Both the position numbers and the translations under genes were made by a program. A stretch of 63,150 nucleotides of DNA, counting the filler, from Hausera hauseri (taxonomy: Eukaryota): NCBI GenBank assembly GCA_046269625.1. It is 12 parts of 12 records of this genome, joined end to end, with 100 filler letters (N's around TTAATTAATTAA, not from the genome) between each part and the next. Parts side by side here need not be neighbours in the genome. Positions count along the whole stretch, not along the records: positions 47,836 to 52,223 come from JBJURY010605888.1; positions 52,324 to 57,199 come from JBJURY010406367.1; positions 57,300 to 63,150 come from JBJURY010179750.1; 9 more parts are not named here. The stretch is one strand, 5' to 3'. Numbering within the stretch: the stretch's first letter is position 1; each line of letters starts with the position of its first letter. Under the pieces are notes generated by a model. It saw only the letters and a program-made list of their open reading frames with translations. It was not told where the DNA came from and did no database searches. Shown in pieces: positions 51,121-63,150 of this stretch.

Positions 51121-52387
51121 ATGTGTGTTGTTACAATTAGGCCAACTACACGTTATCTACTCGAGTACACTTCAGTGGCCATCTTGACTTCACCTTCTGC
51201 TGTCACGTGATCATGCTTCCTGTTCCGCCCTCTTCCACTTGACTTTGCCCACGTGGACCATTCAATCGCCATCTTGATTTCACTTGACTTTGTCCTCTGA
51301 GTTCACCTTCTGTTGTCACATGACTATGCGTCCCATTCCGTGCTCTTCTGCCTGCCTTTGATCAAAAAAATATGACCCTTGAATGCCCCAACCTGTCCCT
51401 AAACACGAAGAAGCCGACCTAAATCCCCCATCATCACCATAGAGAAACACATCCTTAACAGAAAAACACCCATTTACATGTCCCAAATACGAAGAACACG
51501 ACCTAAATCCCCATCATCACCCGTGAGAAACACACCCTTAACAGTAAAAACGTTTCCCTTTAATGATCGCCATCGCCCTAAACATGAAGAAGACGACATA
51601 AACCACTGCCCGCAGCCTAAGAAACACGCCCTTAGCAGAAAAAAATGTATCCTGACATGTCCCTAAACATGACGAAGATGTCCTAAATCCTCGCCCGCAG
51701 CCATAAGAAACACACCTAAACTTCCACCGTTGACCTTAAGAAATGCGCCTTTAACCGAAAATATCACCTTTCCATGCCCCAACTGAGTCCCAAAGTCATG
51801 CTCAAGCGCGATGAAGACGACCTAAACCACCACCAACCGCTTTGAGAACCGTGACATTAACAGAAAATATCACCCCTTTCATGTCACTAAACATGAAGAA
51901 GCCGACTTAAATCATGCCCGCATCCTTGAGAAACATGCCTTTACATGTCCCGACCTGTCCCTAAACACAAAGAACCCGACCTAAACCACCGCCCACGTCC
52001 TTGAGAAACCCGACCTTAACAGAAAAAAATGTATCCTGACATGCCTCTAAACATGCAGAACACAACCTAAACCACCACCCACAGCCTAAGAAACACACAC
52101 TTAACAGCAAACAATTCCCTTCCATGTCCCAAAACACGATACCTAACACACTACCAGCCCCGAGCCAAGGTACCACCTCAGTCCCTTACTGCTCGTAACT
52201 AAAGAAATTATGACATCAAGATGNNNNNNNNNNNNNNNNNNNNNNNNNNNNNNNNNNNNNNNNNNNNTTAATTAATTAANNNNNNNNNNNNNNNNNNNNN
52301 NNNNNNNNNNNNNNNNNNNNNNNAGTTCCGGATAAGAAAACTAGAACTCGTAAGATAGTAAAGCAAAATCTAATAAACGTTGAAAAT

Positions 52388-53431
52388 ATGGCTGAAAAGC
52401 AAGCAGTGGCTCAAAAGTTGGATATTTTTACATTTGACTCGTTGAATTTGCCCGCATACGACGGAGACCCTGACGGACTTAATAAATTTTTAAGGACATA
52501 TAAGTTGCACGCAGAAGGTGCTGGACTAGCAGCTAATGTAATGATCAAACGTCTGTCCTTGTATTTGAAGAATCTGGCCGCTGATGCATATAGTAAACTC
52601 ACGGATGATGAAAAGAAAACTTGGTCCTCCCTGGTAGGAGCCTTGAATCGAAAACTATTTCCGACTGTAACTCCACAACAAAAACTCATGGCTTTCCAAA
52701 ATAGAGTACAACAAAAGGGCGAATCGATAACCCAATTCGCTTTTGCATTAAAGAAGTTGGCAAACAGCTACGTAAGCACCTTCAGGATAGCGAATATAGC
52801 GAAGGCTAAAAACGAAACAGAACGTAAAGCCGCAGAAAAGGCAAGTCCTCCTGATTTAGACGTCATGATGATGACGCAATTAATAAATGGAATTTGATCT
52901 AAAGACATAGTAAAGCAATTGATTCTAGCACGTCCAGAGAATTTTGACAATACATTGCAATTGGCTTAAGACTTGGAAATGGCATTAGCCAGATATACTA
53001 GAGGCAATGATAGAGACGATAGAAATAATGATCGAGGTGATCGGAGCGATAGAAATTGCAGTAATAGAAATGATAGACGATTTGGCAAGAATTAAGGAGA
53101 TAGGAACAAGAACGGTAATTTTAATTGCAGGAACGAGCGATACAGTAATCAAAACTTCGATAATAGTCGAAATAGCTTTTCTAACAAATCAAATTACCAG
53201 ACAGATAAACGCCTAGATGACTCTAAAAGCTTTAGTCGACAAAATGACAACCGGAGTTATGATAATCGCCAATATGGAGATCCTAGACAGACTCCACAGC
53301 AGCAAAGTTACAACAGAAATACGAATAGGTCAGAATCTCCATTTAATGAGGATGGTCGACAAAGGGTTGGAAGAAATGGCAATTTAGTCTGCTTCACATG
53401 TGGACAAGAAGGACACATAGCGAGGTCCTGC
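52388..53431 (+). pseudogene. gag: Ty3/Gypsy Gag (capsid plus CCHC zinc knuckle)
   Basis: PAYDGDP...LKNLAADAY...TWSSL...RVQQKGESITQFAFALKKLA, an R/N/D-rich linker, then CFTCGQEGHIARSC (53390-53431) in the same frame. Internal stops are present. Confidence 0.9.
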
Positions 53432-53455
53432 CCGAATTCGCGAAGTGTCTCGTTT

Positions 53456-56400
53456 GTGAAACCTAATAAAACCAATGTAATTAAAAATGAAAATTTAGAA
53501 GCAATTTACGGTGTTCGTAGAGACACGGGAATGATTATTGAGATACAGGATTTACGGCGCTTTTTAAAAGTACAGCCCGAAACCAATGACCCCAAAGTCT
53601 TAGTGGCTAGAAATGAATACGAGCACAAATTACGGCTAATGGAAGTTTACCACGGCCTCGCGAACCAGAAACGGAATATGAACGTTCTATTGCCCCACCA
53701 AGGTTAATGGATATGGCTCGGAAAAAGAACGCTCATACGATAAACAAAGAGACAATCGAATCAGGAAAGCCTGAGACTCCGGATAAGGTTGATTTAGAAC
53801 CTGAGTATACTATAGAGAAGGTAACCGAGGAGGCAGATCCCGAAGAAAAAGAAGAATTCCTCGAACCGCTTATACTCAAAATCACCAAGAATAGAGGCCA
53901 TAGCCCGTCACTGAGACGGAAACGTAAAGATCGTTCGAGATCCCCAGTGATCAAAAAGAAATCAAGGATAAAAAGAGATACGGAAATCGCATTAGAGAGC
54001 TAAACGGAGTGTGCCTTAGACATTTCGAAAACTGATATAGTTACGCCCAGCGGAATGGGTGAGCTGATGAAATCTCTAGATAAAATAAATGACGTATGCC
54101 CCTTATCTACGAGCGAAGAGGAAACAGAACGAGAAGAGAAACTCGGCCCTAAAAAGTGGAAAATCAGACGGTCGTGGAAAAATGCCGATAAATTAAAAAG
54201 AATGAGGATAAACTGCTTAAATCCAGAGGTGGTGCAATAGAATTTGGAGAAACTCAAAGCAATAAGTAAACAAGTGGATATTTCGGGCAAGGAACAGCAA
54301 TTTGTAGAAAGATTACATAAGAAGATGAAACTATATAGTGAAGGAAAATTAAGTGAAGCCATAGACTTAGATAAACCTGAAGAAGTGCACCGGAAATGTT
54401 AGATCAGTGGGAAGATGAATTAGAACGATGGACAAAAAGAGAAGTGAACATTCCAAAGGCATGGGATAAAACTACTCCAGACATCGGAGCTAGAATCAAC
54501 CAAGCTCAATCCCTATTGATTAATTAAAGGCCAACCGGAAACTGAAAAGAGCAGTACGTAACTTACAGCGTGTCATGAACGAGATTAGATTTGAAATAGT
54601 CGAAAGAACTAAGAGAAAACCGGTTAAGGAACGAGATGCAATCGATCTAGAAATAATGGGCATAAACTCACTAGATATTCCACCCTTAATGAAAATGATT
54701 AAGATCGCTTCTACGGCATCGAAACAATATACTAGCTTGGAAAATCGTATTAAAATTGAGACCGAAAAGAGGGCGCAAATACATGGCCTAAGGAATCGGG
54801 TTATGAATCCAACTAATGACAAAACGCAGAAAATAATTCTGGCATGTATTCTCGAGTTCGATGAATATAAAGACAAGTTCGACTCCGTCTGTCGAGTCAT
54901 TGATTTTGTTAAAGGTCCAGACGATGAGCTAGAAGACGTTCGCAAAATGTTAGACAAAGCAATATTGGCAAAGCCAGAAAACGCTAATCAGTTGAACAAA
55001 TGGTCCAAAGTACTAACAAGGTTGAGTGAATTAATAGACAGTCGCAAAAAGAAATTTCCGGAGAGTGAACCTACGGTAAAAAAGCAATTGGAAAAAGACG
55101 CCAGAAATCTAGATACGATGAAAGCAGAAATTTATATTCGATACCAATTCGAGACATTGCGTCAAGTAGGTTTTATGCAAAAGAAACAAGAAATGACGCT
55201 AATAAATGAGATATACAAGATGATCGAAGAAACAAACTTCATGCAAAAGCGAAATGCGACTTGCGATTTCTATCCGAAACTAAGAGATATCCGCCTAAAA
55301 GGAATCCAATATCTCTCAGCTAAGCCTATTGAGGAAATATACATTCAAGATCTCAGAACCTTGGACTTTAGTCCCGAAATCCGGTCAGTCGTTGAAGAAG
55401 CAATGCAGTTCTTACACCATCCGAAAGAATGGAGAGATGGAACAGATCAAAGGCTTCACACAAAACTAACTAGAATAAGGAACGCCCACCATGTTAGTTT
55501 CGAGGAGGCTAAATTTGTAAAAAAGATATTAGACGCGATGGACCCAGATTCAAAAAGTATTAATGAGATATATGAATTAACATTACTAATGGTAGAAATG
55601 GCAGAAATTAGTGACGAGAAACTAAGGCAATTATTGCCGCAGATACAGCAGGTTGAAGAAACTTACATTAAGATGGAACAAAGAGCGATAAGATTAGATG
55701 AATTGGCTAGAGAACTCGAAATCTATAAAAACAAATATGCCCTTACAGAGGCAGAAAAGGCTGATAAGTCACAATTCATACAAAGGTGGCAAAGAGATGT
55801 CACATCTGAACTAACAAAATATCAAGATAAAGGATTAATATCACCCGAGGAATTATGTTCAATGTTAACATTGTTCCGGCAAACGTCTGCTAATGGGCGC
55901 TGTTTCCGAACGACGAAGATGGTTCCAATGCAACAGAAGCTACGGGAATTTAGGAAAACTGTAGAGATGGCATGTGCTAGTGGGTCGACGGAACACTGTC
56001 GAGGAGTTATCAACTGCCGGATAATGAAAATGAACCGGATTGGGAGGCATATTTAGACGCAATGATTGCAGAAAACCCGACAACTCCAGTGCATTTGAAA
56101 GAAACGGAGATATGCTCGCCAGATCAGAAATTCTGTGTAGAAATGCTCTTAGATCCGGTACAAACTGAAAGGGAACTATTTAGGTTAATCAATGTAAACC
56201 TCACTGAAAAGCAATTAAGACGGGTAAAAAGGTAGTTTACCTATCAAACAAAAATTAACTAAATAAAAAGAAATGGAAAAGGAAATGATACCACAAATCG
56301 ATGAATATAACAGACACTGAACTACTTACTCAGAGTGCGAAAGATGAAACACCAACGACGTCTAAAAATATGAAGTACCTGTAACATAAATATTTAAAGA

Positions 56401-56640
56401 AAGCGAGTCTGATGCAGATATACAAAAAGATATAAATCGTGAATCACCAATGTCTACAAGTTACGATATCATCCCTGAATCAGAAACAAACATAGAAATA
56501 GATGAGAACATCTGGAAACAAGTAAGCGAGATATATAACTCAAAAATGTAGATGTTATTCTCAACGTTTTAAGCAAATTAATTAACGTCACCTTAACCGC
56601 AAACAAAATTAAACAAATAGTTTTCTTGCTAATCGAATGA
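53456..56640 (+). pseudogene. Long charged, helical/coiled-coil extension downstream of Gag (includes 493-aa ORF 54575-56056)
   Basis: Starts in frame with the zinc knuckle and is E/K/R-rich. No protease or RT motif in more than 3 kb. Confidence 0.6.
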
Positions 56641-56667
56641 GCCTCTGATCAAAATACAAATAAAGAC

Positions 56668-57087
56668 ATGGCCAGATTAATCCTACAGAGAGCAGCTCAG
56701 TTACAAATGAATGATCCAGAAAAAGATATAAGAATTACAATAATAAAAAACGGAAGAGATGCTATGGTATTAAAAACAAGTTCCCACGATACAGTACAGC
56801 AATTCAGAAATAAGCTTCAACTCAAGGAACCCAAATATAAAATTACTAGACTAGTATTTTATGGTAGAGAAATGACAGACGACGACCTGCTATTGGTCTA
56901 CGGTATGCAAGAAGATGCTTTTAACCCTGTGATAATAAACAAAACGAATATTACAGGTGACGAAATAGAAGAATTATTTGACGAAACAATTAGTGATATA
57001 AATAAATTAACTACAACTACTGCAGAGCAAGTCTCCACAGAAAAAACAAAAAAGTCAGATCTCGTCAACCAAAAGCAAACGATTTAA
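56668..57087 (+). CDS. Ubiquitin-like (beta-grasp) domain
   Basis: IRITIIKNGRDAMVLKTSSHDTVQQFRNKL...RLVFYGREMTDDDLLLVYGM parallels ubiquitin DTIENVKAKI...[20 protein letters not shown]. No C-terminal GG. Confidence 0.7.
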   Translation: MARLILQRAAQLQMNDPEKDIRITIIKNGRDAMVLKTSSHDTVQQFRNKLQLKEPKYKITRLVFYGREMTDDDLLLVYGMQEDAFNPVIINKTNITGDEIEELFDETISDINKLTTTTAEQVSTEKTKKSDLVNQKQTI

Positions 57088-60000
57088 AAGCTATAAAAGA
57101 TTAAAATGAAAACGTCGTTAAACGACTGTTGAACCTCAAAACTAATGTAGAGAAAAATGTTTTATTGCTTATCCAATCCATTGTAGTTCGCACAAACGCN
57201 NNNNNNNNNNNNNNNNNNNNNNNNNNNNNNNNNNNNNNNNNNNTTAATTAATTAANNNNNNNNNNNNNNNNNNNNNNNNNNNNNNNNNNNNNNNNNNNNG
57301 CCCGATTCTTTCTATGAATCGTTTGAGCCGAAACAATCACCTTGCTTAATAATGAACATAGATTCTAAAAGAGTTACCACACTAAATGTCATTAATTAAA
57401 TTTATTGCTTAACAAATAATACAAACAACTCGGCAGCTTAGCATATTATTTAATTAATTCAGTATTTCATGTAATTTCACTCATTTACCTGCATCGTCTT
57501 CTTCGTTGCGAGCTGAACCGTAGTTACCGTTTTGACCATTCATGCTGCATTCCAGTAATAATGAGAGCTTTTCGAGGATAAGACAAGTCGCTTCGGTTCA
57601 AATGATTGAATGACAATAGACCTTCTATAATAGATAGAATCGACATTTTTTGGAACTTTGAGAAATATTCGGTATGAATTTATACTGAGGAAAGGGCTTT
57701 GATATCAACGGTCTTTCAACTGGGAATTATAATTCTTTGTCCGACATAATCTTTTGGTTGTCGGAATCTAATATCAATAAGTTCGAATAATAACGGATTG
57801 ACGTACCGTTATCTGATCTTATATCTTCGAAATCGCGTACAAAATTGTCGTTAGAGTTTTTTTGATAAAACTGTGCTGAGAATTAAATGGTTAGTGATTT
57901 CACTCAGCAATTTATATACTGCATAGAAATTCGTAATTGAACAATTTTGAATTTCGAATCTAAATTGCCTAGTTTCATTGCTTCCCTTAGTCGTGAAGAT
58001 TTTTAAAATTGCCGCAAAATCACTAATTAAAATAATTCCAACCTTTGGAGTCACTACAATGATCCGGTGATTTTACCAATTGGAATTTTGCAAACCGGGA
58101 ACTCACTGGCAATTGTACAAGTTGTGGCTTGGTTGACTCGTCGGAAAATTTTAAAATCGAGGTCCGGTTTTCAGCAATTATTGAAGTTTCGTCTGTATAA
58201 TTGTGAAATTATTTTTTGAAATCGTCGCCTTCTTCGATTAGAAGTTGTCATTATGTAGTTCGTAATTTCAATAACCATGCCTTGTTTGGTTTTGTTTTTA
58301 AAAGGGTCATAGAGGTCTAAATACTTCCCCGGCATCTCTACAAATTGTCCAGGATGAAAATATTTAATTTTCTATTTTCTTTCATTGGCTGTTAAAATAA
58401 TGTGATACTTCATATCGGTACTTGTGTACTATTAATTATTTAATTATTCTTCTTCCTTGGATAACAATATTTGTACAAAATGAAGTAGTGGAAGTTATAC
58501 CCATCAAGGAGTTTAACAAAATCAAAGACAAGAAGATATTTAAATATATATTCAAGGGTTTATTAATGTACAAATATTACTCTTCTGTAACATTTAACCT
58601 GTAGTGCGTTCTACAGTGGTTCGGCAACCATAGATTGTTATTTCATATTAAACCAGAAAGTCGTTTTATTCAATTCATCAAAATTTCCGATTTATGATAA
58701 GTTTAGCAGTATGACAACGATCCTCTTGTCTTGTTTTGATAAATAATTCTTTTGACTACAGCGCTGTAACGATGACGGAAAGTTTCGTACTGATTTCATG
58801 TTGGGAAGTATAGTTTTCTGCAGAAGATGAACAGGATCAATTATTAATAGTTGCGTTGTTTCGGTGGGGCTTATCGAACACCTAACTATAATGGTGAATT
58901 CATTTAGTTGAAGTTTAACTTTAGTATGCAGGAAGGGATAAACGTTTTTGTTAACCGATTTGTGCTTGGATTTTAATGTCTGTACTGAATGCGGTTCTCT
59001 GTGATAGTTTAATAGATTCTGGTCCTAACTATATATTTTACTGTGTATTTTAGATCTTATGGTTAGTCAAACCTCCCTTAAGAGGTGGTGCAAAACTATA
59101 AGATTTGATATAGAAGAAATTTATTAAAGATAACAAATACCAAGGCTGACTTACAGTGTCAGAACCGAATAGCAATTTAACAGAAAATATTCGATGCTCC
59201 GTCAAAAAACTCGCGAAATAACTTCCTTAACTCTGTTCAATTTAGGACTTTCAGCGACTGATTCATATCCCTCACTTTTCTGTTTTGCTATCTATTTATA
59301 CTATCTCTGACACTCAATATTTTCTATTCAACAATTTTCAATTCATTTGTTTTGTTTATTTTGAATTTAATTTCCTCCAGTTTTGCCCACGATTGGAAAC
59401 AAGAAAATTAATCTCGACAGGCTTTCGATTAAATGAATACTAAGTTACATTTTTGTAATAATAATTTCCGAAGTTAATAATAATAATTCCATAAGTTTGT
59501 ACATTATGTGCAGTACATTGCACCATTCGTAGTACACCGCTCCATTTGTTTCGTCATTTTAACAGTTGTAAGAAAATACTTGGCAATTGTACTTGATATT
59601 CAGAACTGCTGAAAATAATAAATTCTTTGTTTGTTCTGTTTGTAGACAGTCAGTATACAGCCTACAGAGGTAATTTGCGGAATACATTTCCGCAACCACA
59701 ACAATTGTTTTTCGGGTTTCTTACATGAAGTCGAATTTTAAATTTCAAATTATTAAAATTAGCTTTCGGGTGTTCATGTTTGAGTCCAAATTGAAATCTT
59801 AAATCATAAAATGGGCATTCGGCCTGTTACGTGCATTCAAATTTTGAAATTGGAATTACAATAATTTGAATCCGCTGTTATCGAAACTCGAAACGATTAT
59901 GCATACAATTTTGAAATTGGCTGGCGCATTCAAAATATCCTTTATACTTGCACTTATTAATTAACGAAAAACACGTTAATATTGAAATTTACTAAATTTG

Positions 60001-60299
60001 CTATTTTTTCTTATTTTGATAGACATTTGTATGTTCTTGTTACTATAGACCTTGTTTTGAGGTTCGATTCTGGGGAACCTCACTAATAATCACTACATTC
60101 GATACTTTCAAAATACGGACATTTGCCTGGAGCAACGCTTGAGAACGTGTTACTGCTTCTGGCCGGAATGCGTTGTATTGGCAATTACACATTATAGCGG
60201 ATGGCTATTTAATTTCATTTACATTCTCAATTTCATGAATCAATTAACACAGCGCTGTGTTGATTGTGCATGTGAAGGCCAATCTGGAACAGGCATAGG

Positions 60300-61900
60300 C
60301 TTGCAAATGAACTTGAGCTGTGATGTAGTTAGTGAACAGGTCAAAGGTGGCTCAAAAACTCCAGATGTCTAGTCAATGAGCTCGGAAAGGGTACTTGCCT
60401 CAGTGTTGACGGTTGGCATCTTTAGCCCGTACACTGTTGTCTCACACCTGTATTGTATCATTTCCACCTCTAATGTTGAAAATCTTCTCGACTGCATCCT
60501 TTCTTTCTTGCTCATCTTCACTGCATAGCATAGTCTGCATCACTGATTCGTTGAATCCACGCCAATTTCTTGCACATCTTTTTATCCTTTCAATGTGTAG
60601 CTGCAAAAGCAGATGCATTGGTCCTTGTATCAACTAACTGTTTATTTTTATGTTGAACCAGCTCATGTGTACTCAAACAACCCTACAATCATCCTTAACT
60701 CATTCAAGTTCTCTCCTTCCAGGTCATGTTTAGAAATTCATATGCGCATAAATCGAAGAGTTGTAGTCATCCACCTGTTGTGTGACACATGTTCAATGTG
60801 TAACAAAGCCAAATCTTTGGCACAAAGCCTGTTCTAATGGCATTCACAAACATATATCCATCATTCTGGTCTGTGCTTAAATTGTTGATCACTTCATCAT
60901 TGAGACGAAGATGGCTGGTCCTGTGCATATGAGAGTAAAATCAAGATTTATATCCAAATCAGTGGCAGAGTGTAGCATTTTCTCAGTGGACCTGACAACT
61001 TGTTATTGCTTAACGATTAGCCATTCAATACTGTCACCAATTGTCTTAGAGACTGGTCTTCCGTATGAAGGTCACAGACAATCCACACTAGCTTCCTCTA
61101 CACCTTTATCTCAACATAATGCATTATTCATCCTTCTCATCCAGTGTTAACATTGCATGAATCACCTCCAATAGCTTTAATAGTTTTTTCTCAAAGACAC
61201 TGTCAGATTATCAGCTATTATTTCAGCGTGATTTTTCTCTTGTTGCCTTTTCAGGGACAAAATAGAATAGATATTTACCTCCTGGTTTAATATAAACTGT
61301 GTAACGTCCCTTTTTTATCATTACTGAATACATTTTTTCATTTTATGTTTGTGTCATGACCTTTGTTTCATCCTGATGGCCACTCTCTGCCAGTTTCTGT
61401 TTTACTTTCTTATCAATTTCTTTCACTATTCTTTCCTGCATCCTCTTCAGCTTATTGTGGTCTATCATCAATTTGGTGTCTGACTTGGTGATAAGCCCAG
61501 CATAAATCCAAGCAGCCGTTGTAATCTCTGCTGTCTAAGCCCAGGATGATGTCTTAGACTGCCCATGACAATGCGGGTGATATCCTCATTGTTATATCTT
61601 GTCCTTTTATATTCAGTAATGAACCTCTACCACTCATTTCATCCTTGTCGCTGTAATCATCCTCTTGCTCCAAATTTACAAGTGATCTCTCCATAATCTC
61701 TGTTTCTTCAACAGCCAGCTTCGCTTCAATTTCTATCTTTTTGCCTTGCTTTTCCTTCAGTAATTCTTGCAAACGAATCCCAGGATAGTAAACTGGTCCT
61801 ATCTGATTAGGTCCCACACTTCCACATTTTACCCATTGTCCCTTTATGAACTGTAGCTCAATGAGTGGAATTCTCTCTACTGCAGTTACAAACTATGTGA
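60300..61900 (-). pseudogene. Decayed hAT-related (hATm/hATw/hATx-like) DDE transposase
   Basis: Manual translation: AIGGDSCNVNTG, LVWIVCDLH (CxxH), SGPL, NLSTDQ, SHNRWMTT, SEDEQERKDAVEKI. Many stops. Confidence 0.7.
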
Positions 61901-62169
61901 ACTTTACTTACACACGCTGAATTTCAATCTGCATCTGCACAACTCTGGATTTCAGACTTTCATGTTATCTTTGTCTTCCCATTTACACAATAATAATTTA
62001 TTAAAAATTGAACATTGAAAATGGTGGAATGTACAGTACTTACAGATTAGAAAAAGCATTTGATATCAAGATGTGTTACTTGTGTAATAAATTCTTATCA
62101 AAGTAGTCGCCCTTTACCGTCACTATCAGCTCCAGTCGTTAACTCCATTGCATCATGGCTTTCTTAAAT

Positions 62170-63060
62170 CGTGAATTTGGTATCAGTAGATCATCTTTCC
62201 AGCCATCAAGTTTAGAGTTGAGAAAAAAGAAAATATTAGCAGGGACTTAAATGCAGACTGTAAGGTGGATGGTCAATCACCGATACATGGGTATCAGCGA
62301 GAAACGTTTTAACAACAGAAGCCACATGGGTGCATGCATTGTCGTGAAGTACCTATATTTGGCGATTTGGTCGTTTCTTGAAAGTGGTTCACGTAAACAC
62401 TTGCATTTACTGTTGTCTTGGGGAAACGCGGAGCACATGTTGGACACGTGAAGTGGATATTGCCATTGCATACATTTATGTAGTGGCATGGCGTCTATCC
62501 AAAGACTTAAGCATTGGAAGGCCTGGTGCTCCAATTTTTTGCCAGGCCTTCGATCTGAAGTGACCAAATTTGGAATACAAAAAATATTTTTCATGGTTAT
62601 CATGTTCTGAATGTTAAGTTTCCCAGACTGGAGTAGCTTCAAGGAAACCTATGCACATTGAAGACGCCGAGCTTTCAAATCTGCTGTTAAATGTCTAGGA
62701 ATAAATCGGCATCTTTTACACAATTGTAATTTATGAAGGTGCAATTGAACACTTTCTCGAGGCACATTTGAGCTACAGAAACCCCATTAATTGATTGAAA
62801 CGGATTTTCTTTAACAGATTTTTCCACATCTTCCAATTCTTTTTCTCTTCTTTCACTAACTGGTCGACCTGAACCTTCCTTCCTGGTTAAATTAACACGC
62901 CCACAGTTAAATTCGTTGACCCACCATTTCACACAATCATAAGTAACAGATTCTTCGCCAGGCGATTGCACTAAAAATTCTTGTTTGTCTTATTAAATCA
63001 ATTTTTCCAACATTCAAAGATAACCCCTTTTGATAATCAGTTATTTGTGACATGTTCAAT
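62170..63060 (-). pseudogene. Decayed mariner (Tc1/mariner) transposase
   Basis: HTH region GEESVTYDCVKWWVNEFNCGR...GSGRP, then LHDNACTH and HPPYSLHLSPC (YSPDL motif). Confidence 0.85.
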
Positions 63061-63150
63061 CTAAAATATAACAAAGTAGAATGAGTAAATATGCATACTG
63101 AATGTTTCTGCATATCAGCCAATTAAAATACTACATATCAACCAATGTTT

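Larger units (their letters stand above)
49020..52223. mobile_element. Foldback-type element with ~1-kb imperfect inverted arms (49020-50005 and 51122-52223), Polinton/Maverick-related derivative
   Basis: CATCTTGATGTCATAAT at 49020 versus ATTATGACATCAAGATG at the contig end. GTACTCGAGTAG...GTAACAACACACA versus TGTGTGTTGTTAC...CTACTCGAGTAC. The arms contain internal subrepeats. Confidence 0.8.

Noticed and set aside
57300-59600. Coding-like remnants and TATA/AATAAA/purine-tract motifs as another LTR element end
   Set aside because: No recognisable protein motif, and the motif orientations conflict.

Overview
This is not one locus. It is 12 unrelated eukaryotic contigs joined by 100-bp artificial linkers (N44-TTAATTAATTAA-N44): 1-4605, 4706-9581, 9682-15140, 15241-19843, 19944-25031, 25132-29294, 29395-37796, 37897-42640, 42741-47735, 47836-52223, 52324-57199 and 57300-63150. 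Most contigs are AT-rich, invertebrate-like DNA rich in decayed mobile elements. One contig is teleost-like (3' exons of spire1, hAT MITEs, an RTE LINE remnant), and one holds intron-containing exons of a WD40-repeat gene. The main candidate for a new system is a family of large Ty3/Gypsy LTR retroelements with an unusual layout. A chuvirus-type (class III-like) envelope glycoprotein lies UPSTREAM of the protease, and two copies together give one continuous Env-tail-to-protease frame, followed by RT-RH-IN and a second signal-peptide-like segment. Separate contigs add a Gag with a >1000-aa extension containing a ubiquitin-like domain, and 3' ends (PPT plus LTR) carrying FN3-like/TM, RING-finger and ISG20/REX4-like cargo. 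Whether these contigs belong to one element family is inference, because they are not contiguous. Also present: a foldback element with ~1-kb inverted arms around a C2H2 zinc finger plus Polinton-pPolB N-terminal remnant, an intronless NBEAL-APC1-UBL chimera, a RING array, and hAT and mariner transposase pseudogenes. All domain calls come from motif recognition by eye, not from database searches.
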